NCBI GenBank assembly: GCA_965205465.1
Contig: OZ242187.1
Coordinates: 1,588,771-1,652,770, forward strand
Origin: Candidatus Aldehydirespiratoraceae bacterium
Lineage (GTDB): Bacteria; Actinomycetota; Acidimicrobiia; Acidimicrobiales; Aldehydirespiratoraceae
Length of the DNA stretch: 64,000 nt
Reading direction: 5' to 3'
The position numbers and the translations under genes are program-made. Each line of letters starts with the position of its first letter. Position 1 is the first letter of the stretch. Of the stretch, positions 21,002 through 30,870 are shown in pieces. The notes beneath the pieces are model-generated. The model saw nothing but the letters and a program-made list of their open reading frames with translations, was not told the DNA's origin and searched no databases.

Positions 21002-21129
21002 ATCCCCTCCGGTGTTAGAACCTGCCGAAACGGGCAGGAAGCAAAAAGTTAACGATCGTTATTCTAGGCACCGCATCGCTTTATCCCTTCGCCGCTTCGT
21101 CGGTGATTCCCAACCGGTGTTCAGGTTGG

Positions 21130-21903
21130 TTACCAGCCGCGCGCCACCCATTCGTCGAAACTCGGGACTTCGTTGCCGATGGTTGTGTCGGCGCCGTGGC
21201 CCGGCAGCACGATCGTGTCTGCGTCGAATACCCGAAACATACGGTCTTCGATGCTGCGCAGGATGGTCGGGAAGTCTCCACCTTCGAAGCTTGTAGCTCC
21301 CGGTCCGCCGGGAAAGAGCGTGTCGCCGGTGAACAGCAGCGGCGTGTCTTGCACGCTGAATGACATGGATCCCGGGGTGTGGCCCGGTGTGTGATGGGTA
21401 TGGATTCGCAGCTTGCCGATCTCGATCACCGATTCATCGGTGAGGAGGTAGTCGTAGCTTGGCAGCATGGCGGCGTCTTCAGCGGTCACACCGACCTTGT
21501 AACCGGCTTCACGCACGGCCGGCACAGCCTGTATGTGATCCCAGTGGCCATGAGTCTCGAGCACGGTGCGCACATCAAGTGCACGGCACAGTTCCAACAG
21601 TCGATCGTGTTCGTTGGCTGCATCAAGCAGAACACCTTCTCCTGTCTCGCGGCAACGGACTACGAAGACGTTGTTGTCCACGGGGCCAACGACGAGGCGG
21701 TGCACCTCAACGCGGCTATCAGACCAGTGCAGTGTTGGAGCAGACGATGTTGAAGCAGACGGTGTTGGAGCAGACGGCGTTGGAGCAGACGATGTTGAAG
21801 CAGACGGTGTTGGAGCAGACGGCGTTGGAGCAGACGGCGTTGGAGCAGACGGCGTTGGAGCAGACAGTGTTGGAGCAGACGGCGTTGGAGCAGACGGAGT
21901 CAC
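21130..21903 (-). CDS. MBL-fold metallo-hydrolase with N-terminal (PTPSA)n extension
   Basis: THGHWDH, TPGHTPG, FTGDTLF, PGHG; TACGAT -10 just upstream of GTG 21903. Confidence 0.9.
   Translation of the reverse strand: MTPSAPTPSAPTLSAPTPSAPTPSAPTPSAPTPSASTSSAPTPSAPTPSASTSSAPTLHWSDSRVEVHRLVVGPVDNNVFVVRCRETGEGVLLDAANEHDRLLELCRALDVRTVLETHGHWDHIQAVPAVREAGYKVGVTAEDAAMLPSYDYLLTDESVIEIGKLRIHTHHTPGHTPGSMSFSVQDTPLLFTGDTLFPGGPGATSFEGGDFPTILRSIEDRMFRVFDADTIVLPGHGADTTIGNEVPSFDEWVARGW
21732..21898. repeat. 15-bp tandem repeat (~11 copies)
   Basis: GTTGGAGCAGACGG(C/T) units, in frame within the MBL gene. Confidence 0.9.
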
Positions 21904-21930
21904 ACCGAGATCGTAGCGGCGGAGCGGTCC

Positions 21931-22104
21931 TCAGGCAGCCGATTCGTCTTCAACTATTCGCACGTTGCCGAGGGGCACTCCGGGGACGCCGCAATTCCAG
22001 CAAGCATCCGCGCTGGTTCCTCTCCAGGTGACATCGCAACGGATGCAGCGCAGTCGCCGTTCGACTCCGTGGATCGCCGGGGAGACTGAAGCTAAATCGG
22101 TCAC
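21931..22104 (-). CDS. Small zinc-ribbon protein
   Basis: CIRC...CWNC pairs; TAGTGT -10 upstream of GTG 22104. Confidence 0.5.
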   Translation of the reverse strand: MTDLASVSPAIHGVERRLRCIRCDVTWRGTSADACWNCGVPGVPLGNVRIVEDESAA

Positions 22105-22212
22105 AGATGTCACACTATGCACACCCACCATGACAAGGGGGTGATCCCCGGCCACCTGTCGGATTTTGAGCCGGGCGCTCTAGCCTGCGTTGAGCAGAAT
22201 CAGGAGATTTCC

Positions 22213-22773
22213 ATGGCCCCAACCCCTCGCCCAGAGAGCGATGGCTCGAGTCCCAAACAACAGCGGTTCGATGAACCGCCGGCAATGTTCATCGACACGA
22301 CCAAGACCTACACAGCAACGATGGAAACATCGCTTGGCACGATGACCATCCACCTCGACGCCGCGTCCGCTCCCAAGACCGTCAACAACTTCGTGACCTT
22401 GTCGCGCTACCACTATTACGACGGTGTCGCCTTTCACCGCATCATCAACGGTTTCATGTGTCAGGGCGGTGATCCCGATGGTACGGGCCGTGGTGGCCCC
22501 GGTTACCGCTTCGAGGACGAACTACCCCGCCCCGGGCGCTACGAGATCGGTTCTTTGGCGATGGCCAACGCCGGTCCCAACACCAACGGCAGTCAGTTCT
22601 TCATCGTTTCGGGGGCGAACGGCGTGGGCTTGCCACCGCAGTACTCGTTGTTTGGCAAAGTCGTGTCCGGTCTTGATGTGCTCGACGAGATGCAGCAGGT
22701 CAAAACCGACCGCAACGACCGCCCTTTGACCGATGTGGTCATCTCATCGGTCACGATCAGTGAGTCAGACTGA
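22213..22773 (+). CDS. Cyclophilin-type peptidyl-prolyl isomerase
   Basis: FHRIINGFMCQGGDP.GTGRGGPGY, LAMANAGPNTNGSQFF; RBS AGGAG. Confidence 0.95.
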   Translation: MAPTPRPESDGSSPKQQRFDEPPAMFIDTTKTYTATMETSLGTMTIHLDAASAPKTVNNFVTLSRYHYYDGVAFHRIINGFMCQGGDPDGTGRGGPGYRFEDELPRPGRYEIGSLAMANAGPNTNGSQFFIVSGANGVGLPPQYSLFGKVVSGLDVLDEMQQVKTDRNDRPLTDVVISSVTISESD

Positions 22774-22774
22774 C

Positions 22775-23626
22775 ATGGCTATCGAGACAATCGGCGTTAT
22801 CGGCACCGGCGCGATGGGCAGTGGAATTATCGAAGTTGCGGCTAAGGCGGGAGTCGCTGTCGTTGCCCACGACATCAACGCCGCAGCTATCGAGGCAGGC
22901 AAGACGAGGGTGGAGGGATCGCTGGACAAGGCGGTCACGCGGGGCAAACTCGACGAATCCGCCCGCGACAGCGCTACCGCGAGAATCACCTGGACCACCG
23001 ACCTCGCAGACATGAACGGATGCCAACTAGCCGTTGAGGCGGCGCCGGAAATCCTTGATCTCAAGCTCGACATCTTGAAGCAGCTCGATGCGATATTGCC
23101 CGACGGGGCGATTATGGCGACCAATACCTCGTCGATACCGATCATCGACATTGCCATGGGGACCGAGCGTCCCGAGCAAGTATGTGGGATGCACTTTTTC
23201 AACCCGGCAACGGTCATGCGGCTCGTGGAAGTCATCTCCACGCAACGCACCGATGCTGCTGTGGCACAGGCCGCTGCGAGTTTCGCTACCGATGTGCTCG
23301 GTAAACGGGTCGTGCATTGCAAGGATCGGGCCGGCTTCGTTGTCAACGCCTTGCTGGTGCCTTTTCTGTGTCAGGCCATCGCCATGTTTGAGGCAGGCCA
23401 TGCCTCAGCCGAGGACATTGATGAGGCGATGAAACTCGGGGCAGGTCACCCGATGGGCCCGCTGGCGTTGTGCGACATGATCGGACTTGACGTGATGTTG
23501 TGGACCGCCGAGTCGTTGTACGACGAATACAACGAACGCTTCCTAGCTCCCCCACCGCTACTTCGGCGGATGGTGTCTGCAGGTCACCTCGGACGCAAGT
23601 CCGGCAAGGGCTTCTACGACTACTGA
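22775..23626 (+). CDS. 3-hydroxybutyryl-CoA dehydrogenase
   Basis: GVIGTGAMGSGI, ATNTSS, GMHFFNP, GFVVN, GHPMGP, LGRKSGKGFYDY. Confidence 0.93.
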   Translation: MAIETIGVIGTGAMGSGIIEVAAKAGVAVVAHDINAAAIEAGKTRVEGSLDKAVTRGKLDESARDSATARITWTTDLADMNGCQLAVEAAPEILDLKLDILKQLDAILPDGAIMATNTSSIPIIDIAMGTERPEQVCGMHFFNPATVMRLVEVISTQRTDAAVAQAAASFATDVLGKRVVHCKDRAGFVVNALLVPFLCQAIAMFEAGHASAEDIDEAMKLGAGHPMGPLALCDMIGLDVMLWTAESLYDEYNERFLAPPPLLRRMVSAGHLGRKSGKGFYDY

Positions 23627-23630
23627 GCCG

Positions 23631-23888
23631 CTCTGCTTTCGCCGGGCGCAACCGGAGCCGCGGAACTCTGCTTTCGCCGGGCGCAACCGGAGCCGCGGGA
23701 CTTCTCGACGCTCTGCTTTCGCCGGGCGCAACCGGAGCCGCGGGACTTCTCGACGCTCTGCTTTCGCCGGGCGCAACCGGAGCCGCGGAACTTCTCGACG
23801 CTCTGCTTTCGCCGGGCGCAACCGGAGCCGTGGGGGTTCTACGACGCTCTGCTTTCGCCGGGCGCAACCGGAGCCGCGGAACTTCTCA
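23631..23888. repeat. ~45-bp intergenic tandem repeat (6 copies)
   Basis: Core CTCTGCTTTCGCCGGGCGCAACCGGAGCCG at 23631, 23666, 23711, 23756, 23801, 23847 between convergent genes. Confidence 0.9.
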
Positions 23889-23889
23889 A

Positions 23890-24249
23890 CTACTTACGTC
23901 TCTCCCAATCGTTGGCTTCGGCGAAGGCTTCCCGCTCGGCTCTGATGGCGAAATAGGCGTCTCGGTGACAACGACTGCTTCGCAGTTCACGGAAATAGTC
24001 GCCGAGATAAGCCCAGAGAAACGCCCAACAACCTGCCTCGTGCCATTGTCGAACGTGGATGAGTTCGTGTGCCAACAATTTGCGATTGCCGCTTCGGTCA
24101 TTGTCGGTCCGCAGCAGTACGAACCGACCGACCGCCATTCCGCTTGAACCGAACGGAAGCACCGGCACTCGCACTATTCGCACCCGTTCAGCCAACTCAC
24201 GGCTGAGAACATCGTACGATTGGATTTCAGGTCCCTCTAATCGTCTCAT
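23890..24249 (-). CDS. Small HEXXH protein (DUF4157-like)
   Basis: LLAHELIHVRQW, AIRAEREAF. Confidence 0.7.
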   Translation of the reverse strand: MRRLEGPEIQSYDVLSRELAERVRIVRVPVLPFGSSGMAVGRFVLLRTDNDRSGNRKLLAHELIHVRQWHEAGCWAFLWAYLGDYFRELRSSRCHRDAYFAIRAEREAFAEANDWERRK

Positions 24250-24330
24250 GTTCAACACGATCGTATTCGACTTCCGCGTGGCGTCTTGAAGACTGTTCGC
24301 GACATCCTGCCGCTGTTCTTCGGTCTGAAG

Positions 24331-25842
24331 ATGCAAGTTCGCATCAGCGTGGTCTTAGCCGCGTCGGCGATGCTGTTGTTGACCACCGCCTTGTTGGCCG
24401 AGCCGACCGACAATCTCGCTGGTGACGTGAACGCCACAAGCACAACCACAACAACGACCACGACCACCACCCCGACCACGACCACGACGACCACGACCAC
24501 GATCCCTGAATACTCCGGTTGGGTGGATCCCGAATCGTCGGGCATGCCGTGGGGTACCGAGGTTCGGGGGTTGCTGACATTTCGCGGCAATCCAACTCGT
24601 ACCTACTACGGAGAGGGTCCGGTGCCGTCTGCGCCACAAATACTCTGGAAGTTCCCCACAGAAGGTTCTTTGTGTTCGCTTTCCACGACCGGCGGTGTGA
24701 CCACAACCTGGTGTGGATCAGGGTGGACGGGCCAACCTGCCGTCTTTGAGTACAAAAACAAAACCTGGGTGACACTGGGTAGCTACAGCGGCAACGTCCA
24801 TTTCCTCAACTTCGACGATGGTTCCCAGATCCTCTCCGACTTCGTCACAGGCGACATCATCAAAGGTTCCGTGACCATCGACCCCGACGGATTCCCGCTG
24901 CTCTACACCGGCAGTCGCGACGGCTACTACCGAGTCCTCTCCTTCGACGGCGACGAACCCGTCGAACTCTGGAAACTGTCTGCGCGCGATGTCTTTCCGA
25001 TCATGTGGAACGACGATTGGGATGGGGCGGGGTTGGTCCTCGACGACTACCTCTTTGTTGGCGGAGAGAATTCTCAGTTCCATATCGTCAAACTAAACCG
25101 GGACTATGACACCGAGGGCAGGGTCACAGTTGATCCGCACCTGGTGTTCAACGCCCCGGGATGGGACGACGAACTGATTGCAGCCGTCGGCGGGAACGTC
25201 TCGATCGAGAACTCGGTGGCCATTTCAGCCAACCTGGTCTATTTCGCGAATTCTGGAGGGTTGATTCAGGGGTGGGACATCACCGATCTGGCCGATGGCG
25301 TCGATCCGACACGAGTGTTCCGCTTCTGGGCCGGCGATGATGTCGACGCCTCCCTGGTGATCGACAGCGACCAAATGATCTACGCGGCGGCCGAATACGA
25401 GCGGGGCAATGCTCGCAGTCAAGAAGTCGGTCAGATTTTCAAGATCGACCCTTCGCGCCCGGATGATCCGCTCGTCTGGAAGGTCGACGCGCGTCCATAT
25501 ATCGGTGCCGGCGTTTGGGCCACACCGGGGCTGTACAAGGACATCGTCATCGTGCCCACCGACACAGGCGCCGTGTTGGGGCTCGACCGCGCCACCGGTG
25601 CACAGCGCTGGTCGATCAAACTCCAAGGACCGACCTGGTCGTCCCCGGTGATCGTCGATGACGTGTGGATCCAGGGAGATTGCGCGGGTTTCTTGCGTGC
25701 GTTCGATGTGTCTGACACATCCGTCGAACCAGCCCAGCTGTGGGAGATCCACCTCGGTGGGTGCATCGAGTCAACTCCGGCTGTCTGGGGTGGCAGGATC
25801 ATCGTCGGCACCCGTTCAGGACAGATCTTCGCTGTCGGCTGA
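24331..25842 (+). CDS. Secreted PQQ-like beta-propeller protein with poly-Thr linker
   Basis: Signal peptide, long Thr run, TFRGN, TWSSPV, IESTPAVW repeats. Confidence 0.8.
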   Translation: MQVRISVVLAASAMLLLTTALLAEPTDNLAGDVNATSTTTTTTTTTTPTTTTTTTTTIPEYSGWVDPESSGMPWGTEVRGLLTFRGNPTRTYYGEGPVPSAPQILWKFPTEGSLCSLSTTGGVTTTWCGSGWTGQPAVFEYKNKTWVTLGSYSGNVHFLNFDDGSQILSDFVTGDIIKGSVTIDPDGFPLLYTGSRDGYYRVLSFDGDEPVELWKLSARDVFPIMWNDDWDGAGLVLDDYLFVGGENSQFHIVKLNRDYDTEGRVTVDPHLVFNAPGWDDELIAAVGGNVSIENSVAISANLVYFANSGGLIQGWDITDLADGVDPTRVFRFWAGDDVDASLVIDSDQMIYAAAEYERGNARSQEVGQIFKIDPSRPDDPLVWKVDARPYIGAGVWATPGLYKDIVIVPTDTGAVLGLDRATGAQRWSIKLQGPTWSSPVIVDDVWIQGDCAGFLRAFDVSDTSVEPAQLWEIHLGGCIESTPAVWGGRIIVGTRSGQIFAVG

Positions 25843-25908
25843 GTTCAACGACGATGCACGCTGGCTAGCCACCCGGCCGCGGTTGATCGGGGCCGAGCCT
25901 TGGGCGAA

Positions 25909-27315
25909 CTACGGCCGGTGCCAACTGGAACCGCTGGGGGTGTCTTCTACCACGATGCCCAACGCTGTAAGTTCCTCGCGAATTCGGTCGGCTTGGGCGA
26001 AGTCCTTGGCTTCTCGTGCTGCAGAACGAGCCGCAACCAACGCCTCGATCTCATCATCGCTAGCCGAACCACCAGCGCTTCTGGCGCCACGAGGTCCGCC
26101 GACTCCGATACCGAGCGCTCCAGCCAGATCGATCACGGTGGCAACCAAGGAAGCAACCTCTGCGGTGTCGCTGGTGCGGCTTGCGTCGAGGGCTGTGTTG
26201 GCTTTCCGAACCGTGTCGAAGATGACGGCGATGGCTTCGGGGGTACCCAGGTCGTTGTCCATCGCAGCCGCAAACGCCTCCAGCGACGCGGTATCTCGCT
26301 TGGTTCCGTCGAGAGAAGTGCCGGCGGCGTTGGCCCTGCGAGCCATGGCGTCGATGCGTTCGATGCCGGCCCGGGCCTGAGTCATCACCTCGGCGTTGAC
26401 CTCCATGGTCTTGCGGTAATGAGTCTGCAGCAACAGCAGGCGCAGGGCCCGGGCGTTCAACGGGTGCTCGTCGAGCAGGTCGCGAACGGTGCGGAAGTTG
26501 CCGAGTGATTTTGCCATCTTCTCGCCGCCGACATTGAGCATGGCGTTGTGCAGCCAGTGCTGCGCGAACGGCCGACCCGCAGCGATCGCTTCTGCCCGTT
26601 CGTTGGTGTGATGAGGGAAGACGAGATCGTCGCCTCCGCCGTGGAGGTCGAATCCGTCACCGAGGAGGCCGAGGCTCATGGCCACGCATTCGATGTGCCA
26701 GCCCGGGCGTCCCGGTCCCCACGGTGAGGGCCAGGTTGGTTCGTTGGGCTTGGCCGACTTCCAGAGTGCGAAGTCGAGCGGGTCCTCTTTGAACTCGTCT
26801 ACCTCCACCCGAGCCCCTGAGCCTGCCGCGAGTTCATCGAAACTGCGGTGCACGAGGTCGCCGTATCCCGGCACAGCACGCACCCGCAGATACACACCCG
26901 ATTCGGTGGTGTAGGCCGATCCGTTGCTTACGAGGGTCTCGATGAACGCAACCATCTCGTCGACGAATTCGGTGGCGTGTGGTCGGTCGTGGGGATGCAG
27001 AATGTTGAGTTCGTCCATCACTTCGATGTAGACCGCTTCCCATCGTTCGGCCACTTGAGGTTCGGTGAGGCCTTCCGTGTTGGCCCGGTTGATGATGTTG
27101 TCGTCGATATCGGTGACGTTGGCGACGTGACGAACCTCAACGCCTCGCCATTCGAGGTAGCGGCGTAGGACGTCGTAGGTGAGGGCTTGGCGGGCATGAC
27201 CGAGGTGCGGGTGGTCATAGACCGTTGGCCCACAGGCGTAGAACGAGACCTTCCCGGGGTCTCGCTGGGCCAGGGGCCGAACCTTCATGGAGAGCGTGTC
27301 GTATAAGCGGATCAA
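25909..27315 (-). CDS. cysS: Cysteine--tRNA ligase
   Basis: CGPTVYDHPHLGH (HIGH), GRPGWHIEC, KMAKS and C-terminal anticodon domain (KDFAQADRIR). Confidence 0.94.
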   Translation of the reverse strand: MIRLYDTLSMKVRPLAQRDPGKVSFYACGPTVYDHPHLGHARQALTYDVLRRYLEWRGVEVRHVANVTDIDDNIINRANTEGLTEPQVAERWEAVYIEVMDELNILHPHDRPHATEFVDEMVAFIETLVSNGSAYTTESGVYLRVRAVPGYGDLVHRSFDELAAGSGARVEVDEFKEDPLDFALWKSAKPNEPTWPSPWGPGRPGWHIECVAMSLGLLGDGFDLHGGGDDLVFPHHTNERAEAIAAGRPFAQHWLHNAMLNVGGEKMAKSLGNFRTVRDLLDEHPLNARALRLLLLQTHYRKTMEVNAEVMTQARAGIERIDAMARRANAAGTSLDGTKRDTASLEAFAAAMDNDLGTPEAIAVIFDTVRKANTALDASRTSDTAEVASLVATVIDLAGALGIGVGGPRGARSAGGSASDDEIEALVAARSAAREAKDFAQADRIREELTALGIVVEDTPSGSSWHRP

Positions 27316-27322
27316 GGGACTA

Positions 27323-27513
27323 TCGGATCGGGGGGTCGGATCGGGGGGTCGGATCGGGTTGGGTCGGGGGGTCGGATCGGGTTGGGTCGGGGGGTCGGAT
27401 CGGGTTGGGTCGGGGGGTCGGATCGGGTTGGGTCGGGGGGTCGGATCGGGTTGGGTCGGGGGGTCGGATCGGGTTGGGTCGGGGGGTCGGATCGGGTTGG
27501 GTCGGGGGGTCGG
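27323..27513. repeat. G-rich 23-bp tandem repeat (~7 copies plus partials)
   Basis: (CGGGGGGTCGGATCGGGTTGGGT)n fills the spacer between the mshC-like gene and cysS. Confidence 0.92.
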
Positions 27514-28698
27514 TTAGGCGACCGGAGCCGCCGGGGTATCGAGTTCAATGCCGTACACACCGGCCAATTCTCCCAGCACGGCTGGTGCTGTCGGGTCGTC
27601 GCCTCCTGCGAGAATGGCTGTGGCGAGTCCAAGCAACTCATTTCGTGCTCGGGGGGCGTTGAGGTCGTTGTCAAGGGCGGCGCGCATGCGGCTTGCGAAG
27701 GGGGCCGGGTCGGGTCCTGCGCTGGCGTTGGCTGCCGCTAGCAGCAAATCAAGTCCCGCTGTGGCCTCGTGGATGTCGTCGTCGAACCATTCCCAGTCGT
27801 CGCGGTAGTGGTGGGCCATCAGGGCTAGACGGATCGCTCTCGGGTCGGCGAGTTTCGACAATTCGCTGACGAAGACGAGGTTGCCGAGCGACTTCGACAT
27901 CTTTGTGCCTTCGTAGGCGACCATCCCGCAGTGCATCCAGTGGCGCACGAAGGTTGTGCCGGTGGCGGCTTCGCTTTGCGCTCGTTCGCATTCGTGATGC
28001 GGGAAGATCAGATCACTTCCGCCGCCGTGTAGGTCGAGGGTGGTGCCGAGCAGACCCATCGACATGGCGCTGCATTCGATGTGCCATCCAGGGCGGCCCG
28101 GCCCCCACGGCGATTCCCATGCGGGTTCGTCGGGCAGCGACGGTTGCCACAGCACGAAGTCGAGCGGATTGCGTTGACGGGGGTCGTCGGGATGACCGCC
28201 GCGTTCGGCAGCCAGTTCGATCATGGTTACCTCGTCGTAGCCGGAGACCGCTCCGAAAGTGTCGAAGGTCGTCACATCGAAGAATGTGGCACCTTCGACG
28301 GTGTAGGTGTGGCCGCCTTTTTCGAGGGTCGTGATCAGCTCGATCATCTCCGGTACCCATACGCGGGCGTGGGGTTCGGCTGTGACTTCTCGGGTGTTGA
28401 GCGCGGCCATGTCACCGTGGAAGCGGGCGGTTTCGGCGGCCGCCAACTCTAAGAAGTCGACGCCTAGCTCCCGTGCCTTGCCGAGGATGCTGTCGTCGAC
28501 ATCGGTGATGTTGCGGACGAGTCTCACGGTGTGGCCGAGTTCTTCGAGCCGTCGGATCAACAGGTCGTAAGTCAGATAGGTGTTGGCGTGGCCCAGATGG
28601 GTCGAGTCATACGGTGTGATACCGCAGACATAAATCGATACTTCTTCGCCCGGCTCAAAGGGAACTATCGAGTTACGCGCTGTGTCGTAGAGGAGCAC
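27514..28698 (-). CDS. mshC: MshC-like Cys:GlcN-Ins ligase (CysRS paralog lacking the anticodon domain)
   Basis: YVCGITPYDSTHLGHA, GGGSDLIFPHHE, KMSKS; ~394 aa; TACCGT -10 before GTG 28698. Confidence 0.75.
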   Translation of the reverse strand: MLLYDTARNSIVPFEPGEEVSIYVCGITPYDSTHLGHANTYLTYDLLIRRLEELGHTVRLVRNITDVDDSILGKARELGVDFLELAAAETARFHGDMAALNTREVTAEPHARVWVPEMIELITTLEKGGHTYTVEGATFFDVTTFDTFGAVSGYDEVTMIELAAERGGHPDDPRQRNPLDFVLWQPSLPDEPAWESPWGPGRPGWHIECSAMSMGLLGTTLDLHGGGSDLIFPHHECERAQSEAATGTTFVRHWMHCGMVAYEGTKMSKSLGNLVFVSELSKLADPRAIRLALMAHHYRDDWEWFDDDIHEATAGLDLLLAAANASAGPDPAPFASRMRAALDNDLNAPRARNELLGLATAILAGGDDPTAPAVLGELAGVYGIELDTPAAPVA

Positions 28699-29301
28699 CC
28701 CGCAACGGTAGCGCCCCAACCACACCGCGGACCCACTCCCCGCTTGAATCCGAAGAGCCCGACAACCGAAACCGGTGCACCGAGCCCCTGGAGGCTGTCG
28801 GCGACATCGTCGCTGTACCAGCCGGCTGAGGACGATGGCCAAGCGCAGGGAGCGAGTTGCCCCGCCACCGGTGCCATGCGGGCCACTCCAAGGCAACCGA
28901 GTAGGGCTCTGCGCAGACGGCCGCGTCTTCCTCAACGCGCCAGCGGGCCACGAGCCGGGAAGGTGTGTTTTTGTGAGCCGCGCTCGCCGTGGCAGCGCCC
29001 CACCAACGAGCAGACCAACGAGGACCGGCTGTCGCAACGACCGGTAGAGCTTGCCCAAGTTTCACCGCGGAGATGCCCCCCTGAACTGCCGACCGCGTGC
29101 CTCGACAACACGCATCGTCGCAGATCAGAGGGGCTTTTCTGCGGACCCACACACCCAAACCCACCAGACTCATGACAATCAGGGCTTGCTTTCGACGCCG
29201 AACTAACTATAGTCGTAACCACTATCGCATTGGAGAGTCCAATGCGATGAGATGCGCCCGGCGGGACACAGGATGCACATATGAAGACACAGCATGCACA
29301 T

Positions 29302-29940
29302 ATGATGAGACCGCGGCGGGGCCTCACCGTCCTGAGTGCGGCACTGCTGATCACCGTCCTGAGTGCGGCACTGCTGACGATGCCCGCGGGAGCCGTCGTG
29401 AATCCCGTGAACCCGAGGATTCCGAATGACAATCTCGTGACCCCGGAGATCCCGAAGGTCAAGAAGGTGTGCCTCCACGACGGGGGTCACGGGTACGAGT
29501 TCGAGGTCGTCCAACTCGGCAGGACAAGGTGGCTGAGGGTCAGCCTCGGGACCGCGGTCCTGGATTTCGGGACAGGGATAACGGTCAAGGACGCGTTCAC
29601 CTATGTGAACCACGTGTGGACACGCGATGACGACGAGTACGTCAAGACCGCCACCATGGACGTCCCTGTTCCTCGTGCCAGCATTGCCAACTTTTACGCA
29701 GTGTGCAGACGCACTGACAGCGCGACGCAAGCGGCGGTGGACTCATCAACGGCGTGGCAGCAAGTCGTCAACGCGACGAGCTACGCAGCGCAAACCGCTG
29801 CGTGGAATCGGTGGCATAGCCAGCACTGTGTGACGGGCGGTTCGGTGAACTGCGGGGCGACATTCCCGACGTTGGCGGAGACGTGCGCACTGTACCCCGA
29901 TTTAGTCCTCTCCACGGGAGAGGATTGTTCCCGCCAGTGA
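29302..29940 (+). CDS. Secreted Cys-rich protein, paralog A
   Basis: Signal peptide ending MPAGA; conserved IANFYAVC, WNRWH..HCV.GG.V.CGATFPTLAETC. Confidence 0.75.
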   Translation: MMRPRRGLTVLSAALLITVLSAALLTMPAGAVVNPVNPRIPNDNLVTPEIPKVKKVCLHDGGHGYEFEVVQLGRTRWLRVSLGTAVLDFGTGITVKDAFTYVNHVWTRDDDEYVKTATMDVPVPRASIANFYAVCRRTDSATQAAVDSSTAWQQVVNATSYAAQTAAWNRWHSQHCVTGGSVNCGATFPTLAETCALYPDLVLSTGEDCSRQ

Positions 29941-29970
29941 TCTGCGCGTCGACGTAGCCGGCTGCAGCCC

Positions 29971-30248
29971 GTGCCGCCGCGAGGGACGAGTTGGCGCAAG
30001 CCTGCTGTGAGGAGTCTGGTTGCAGCCGCAATGGTCGCGTCGATCATCGCGGCTGTTCCCGCGGCCGCGGGAGCGCAGCAGGATGTGTTCTCTGATGTGA
30101 CCGAGGGGGTGCACAAGCCGGCGATCAACATTCTGGGGGAGATGGGCCTGTTCGAGGGCACACTCTGCGGCGAGGGCATGTTCTGTCCGGGCGAGCCGAT
30201 CAAGCGATCCGACATGGCTGTGTGGCTCATACGCGCCCTCGGAGATGA
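29971..30248 (+). pseudogene. Truncated 5' copy of the SLH gene
   Basis: Matches 36473-36750, then fused to the mshC fragment. Confidence 0.85.
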
Positions 30249-30686
30249 AGAATGTGGCACCTTCGACGGTGTAGGTGTGGCCGCCTTTTTCGAGGGTCGT
30301 GATCAGCTCGATCATCTCCGGTACCCATACGCGGGCGTGGGGTTCGGCTGTGACTTCTCGGGTGTTGAGCGCGGCCATGTCACCGTGGAAGCGGGCGGTT
30401 TCGGCGGCCGCCAACTCTAAGAAGTCGACGCCTAGCTCCCGTGCCTTGCCAAGGATGCTGTCGTCGACATCGGTGATGTTGCGGACGAGTCTCACGGTGT
30501 GGCCGAGTTCTTCGAGCCGTCGGATCAACAGGTCGTAGGTCAGATAGGTGTTGGCGTGGCCCAGATGGGTCGAGTCATACGGTGTGATACCGCAGACATA
30601 AATCGATACTTCTTCGCCCGGCTCAAAGGGAACTATCGAGTTACGCGCCGTGTCGTAGAGGAGCACCCCCGCAACCGTAGCGCCCC
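30247..30686 (-). pseudogene. Duplicated promoter and 5' third of the mshC-like gene
   Basis: Near-identical to 28279-28717; truncated after GATFF. Confidence 0.9.
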
Positions 30687-30870
30687 GATCCCAAGTTGCT
30701 TCTAGTGGGAATTGGCGCCATTGCTGAGCGAGTACCCGCGCCACAACACCCAAAATGTGCGTTGGCTGCTGTCAATCTGATTCGATTGTGTCTGAATATC
30801 TTTGATGATACTGTGATGCCCGTAAGCCACTTCCCCCCTGAATCGATCATTACGAATTGGATGGGAGACC

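Larger units (their letters stand above)
28778..30248 (+). repeat. Duplicate of ~35215-36750 (antitoxin 3' end, toxin remnant, secreted gene, SLH gene 5' end)
   Basis: Near-identical flanks by direct comparison; centre of the secreted gene divergent. Confidence 0.9.

Noticed and set aside
23631-23888. Possible CRISPR array (30-bp conserved core)
   Set aside because: Spacers are only 5-16 bp and nearly identical; no cas genes in the window
27225-27741. Gly/Pro-rich ORFs across the 23-bp repeat
   Set aside because: Products of a stop-free repeat whose unit is not a multiple of 3
28699-29058. N-terminal extension of the 514-aa mshC-like ORF
   Set aside because: Homology starts at VLLYDT with a -10 box just before GTG 28698; the extension crosses duplicated non-coding DNA
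29902-30753. 283-aa minus-strand ORF as a third CysRS-like gene
   Set aside because: Chimera of the mshC 5' duplicate and antisense SLH sequence; lacks WHIEC and KMSKS
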